NCBI GenBank assembly: GCA_030673995.1
Contig: DAOUYU010000001.1
Coordinates: forward strand, 1-35,849
Source: Candidatus Aminicenantes bacterium
Lineage (GTDB): Bacteria > Acidobacteriota > Aminicenantia > Aminicenantales > Aminicenantaceae
Direction: 5' to 3'
Length of the DNA stretch: 35,849 nt
The notes under the pieces were generated by a model that did no database searches, had not been told where the DNA came from, and saw nothing but the letters and a program-made list of their open reading frames with translations. Below, in pieces: positions 35,597-35,849 of the stretch; position 1 is the first letter of the stretch; each line of letters opens with the position of its first letter. The translations under genes and the position numbers were made by a program.

Positions 35597-35849
35597 AAAA
35601 AGAGAGGGCATAAACGGAGGCTAAGGGTGAAGAAAACCGTGAGCAAAGCGGAGCAGACATTGTTCTTCTCCCATCTCCTTCTTTTCACTACCAGGTTTTG
35701 GGGGATAGCCTTGCTCCCCTTCAGAAAAGCTCCGGCTAAGTGATTCGAAAACACGCTGGATTTCCCCAGCGAGGAAATCCCGCTCGGATACAGGCTTCGC
35801 TCTTCTCTCCCTTCGGGAGAGAAACCATGCCCGCTCAGCCTTGCTCACG
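35597..35849. repeat. Copy of the mosaic repeat family, truncated by the window end (X module + Z/head + inverted Y module)
   Basis: 35658-35710 is identical to 25258-25310. 35694-35725 equals the reverse complement of 25615-25646 with 1 mismatch. 35721-35849 equals the reverse complement of 19060-19188. An internal inverted repeat pairs CGTGAGCAAAGCGGAGC (35638-35654) with GCTCAGCCTTGCTCACG (35833-35849). Confidence 0.85.

Overview
This is a bacterial chromosomal window of mostly housekeeping genes in six alternating strand blocks; I could not assign a taxon. I call 27 protein genes. Plus strand, 150-5424: a COG2403/cyclic-2,3-diphosphoglycerate-synthetase-like P-loop protein, carbamate kinase, ornithine carbamoyltransferase and a 694-aa orphan. 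Minus strand, 5430-18831: guaA-dnaE-valS, then a tightly coupled birA-coaX-hypothetical-rnr-(SelB C-terminal-only) string. Plus strand, 19231-24091: apgM, an AMIN-domain amidase, a Tat-signal DUF362 protein and a NapH-like polyferredoxin. Minus strand, 24120-31531: a tandem DUF2914-like protein, then yceD-rpmF-plsX-fabG-acpP-fabF-etfB-etfA. Plus strand: polA. Minus strand: a GNAT-like protein. I found no rRNA, tRNA, CRISPR array, transposase or recognisable defence system. The least ordinary content is non-coding. A mosaic, hairpin-rich repeat family occupies four intergenic loci (1-69, 18941-19188, 25186-25646, 35597-35849). It shows a perfect 15-bp inverted repeat, a 53-nt perfect inter-locus match and one compensatory stem change between copies. 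It could be a MITE-like element or a multi-copy structured RNA, and I do not recognise it as a named family. Secondary leads are the GTPase-less SelB-like gene coupled to RNase R by an ATGA overlap, a strand-asymmetric 38-position hairpin after valS, the 694-aa orphan, and a fab cluster that lacks fabH/fabD and continues into etfBA. All coordinates and mismatch counts were read by eye, and no database search was run.
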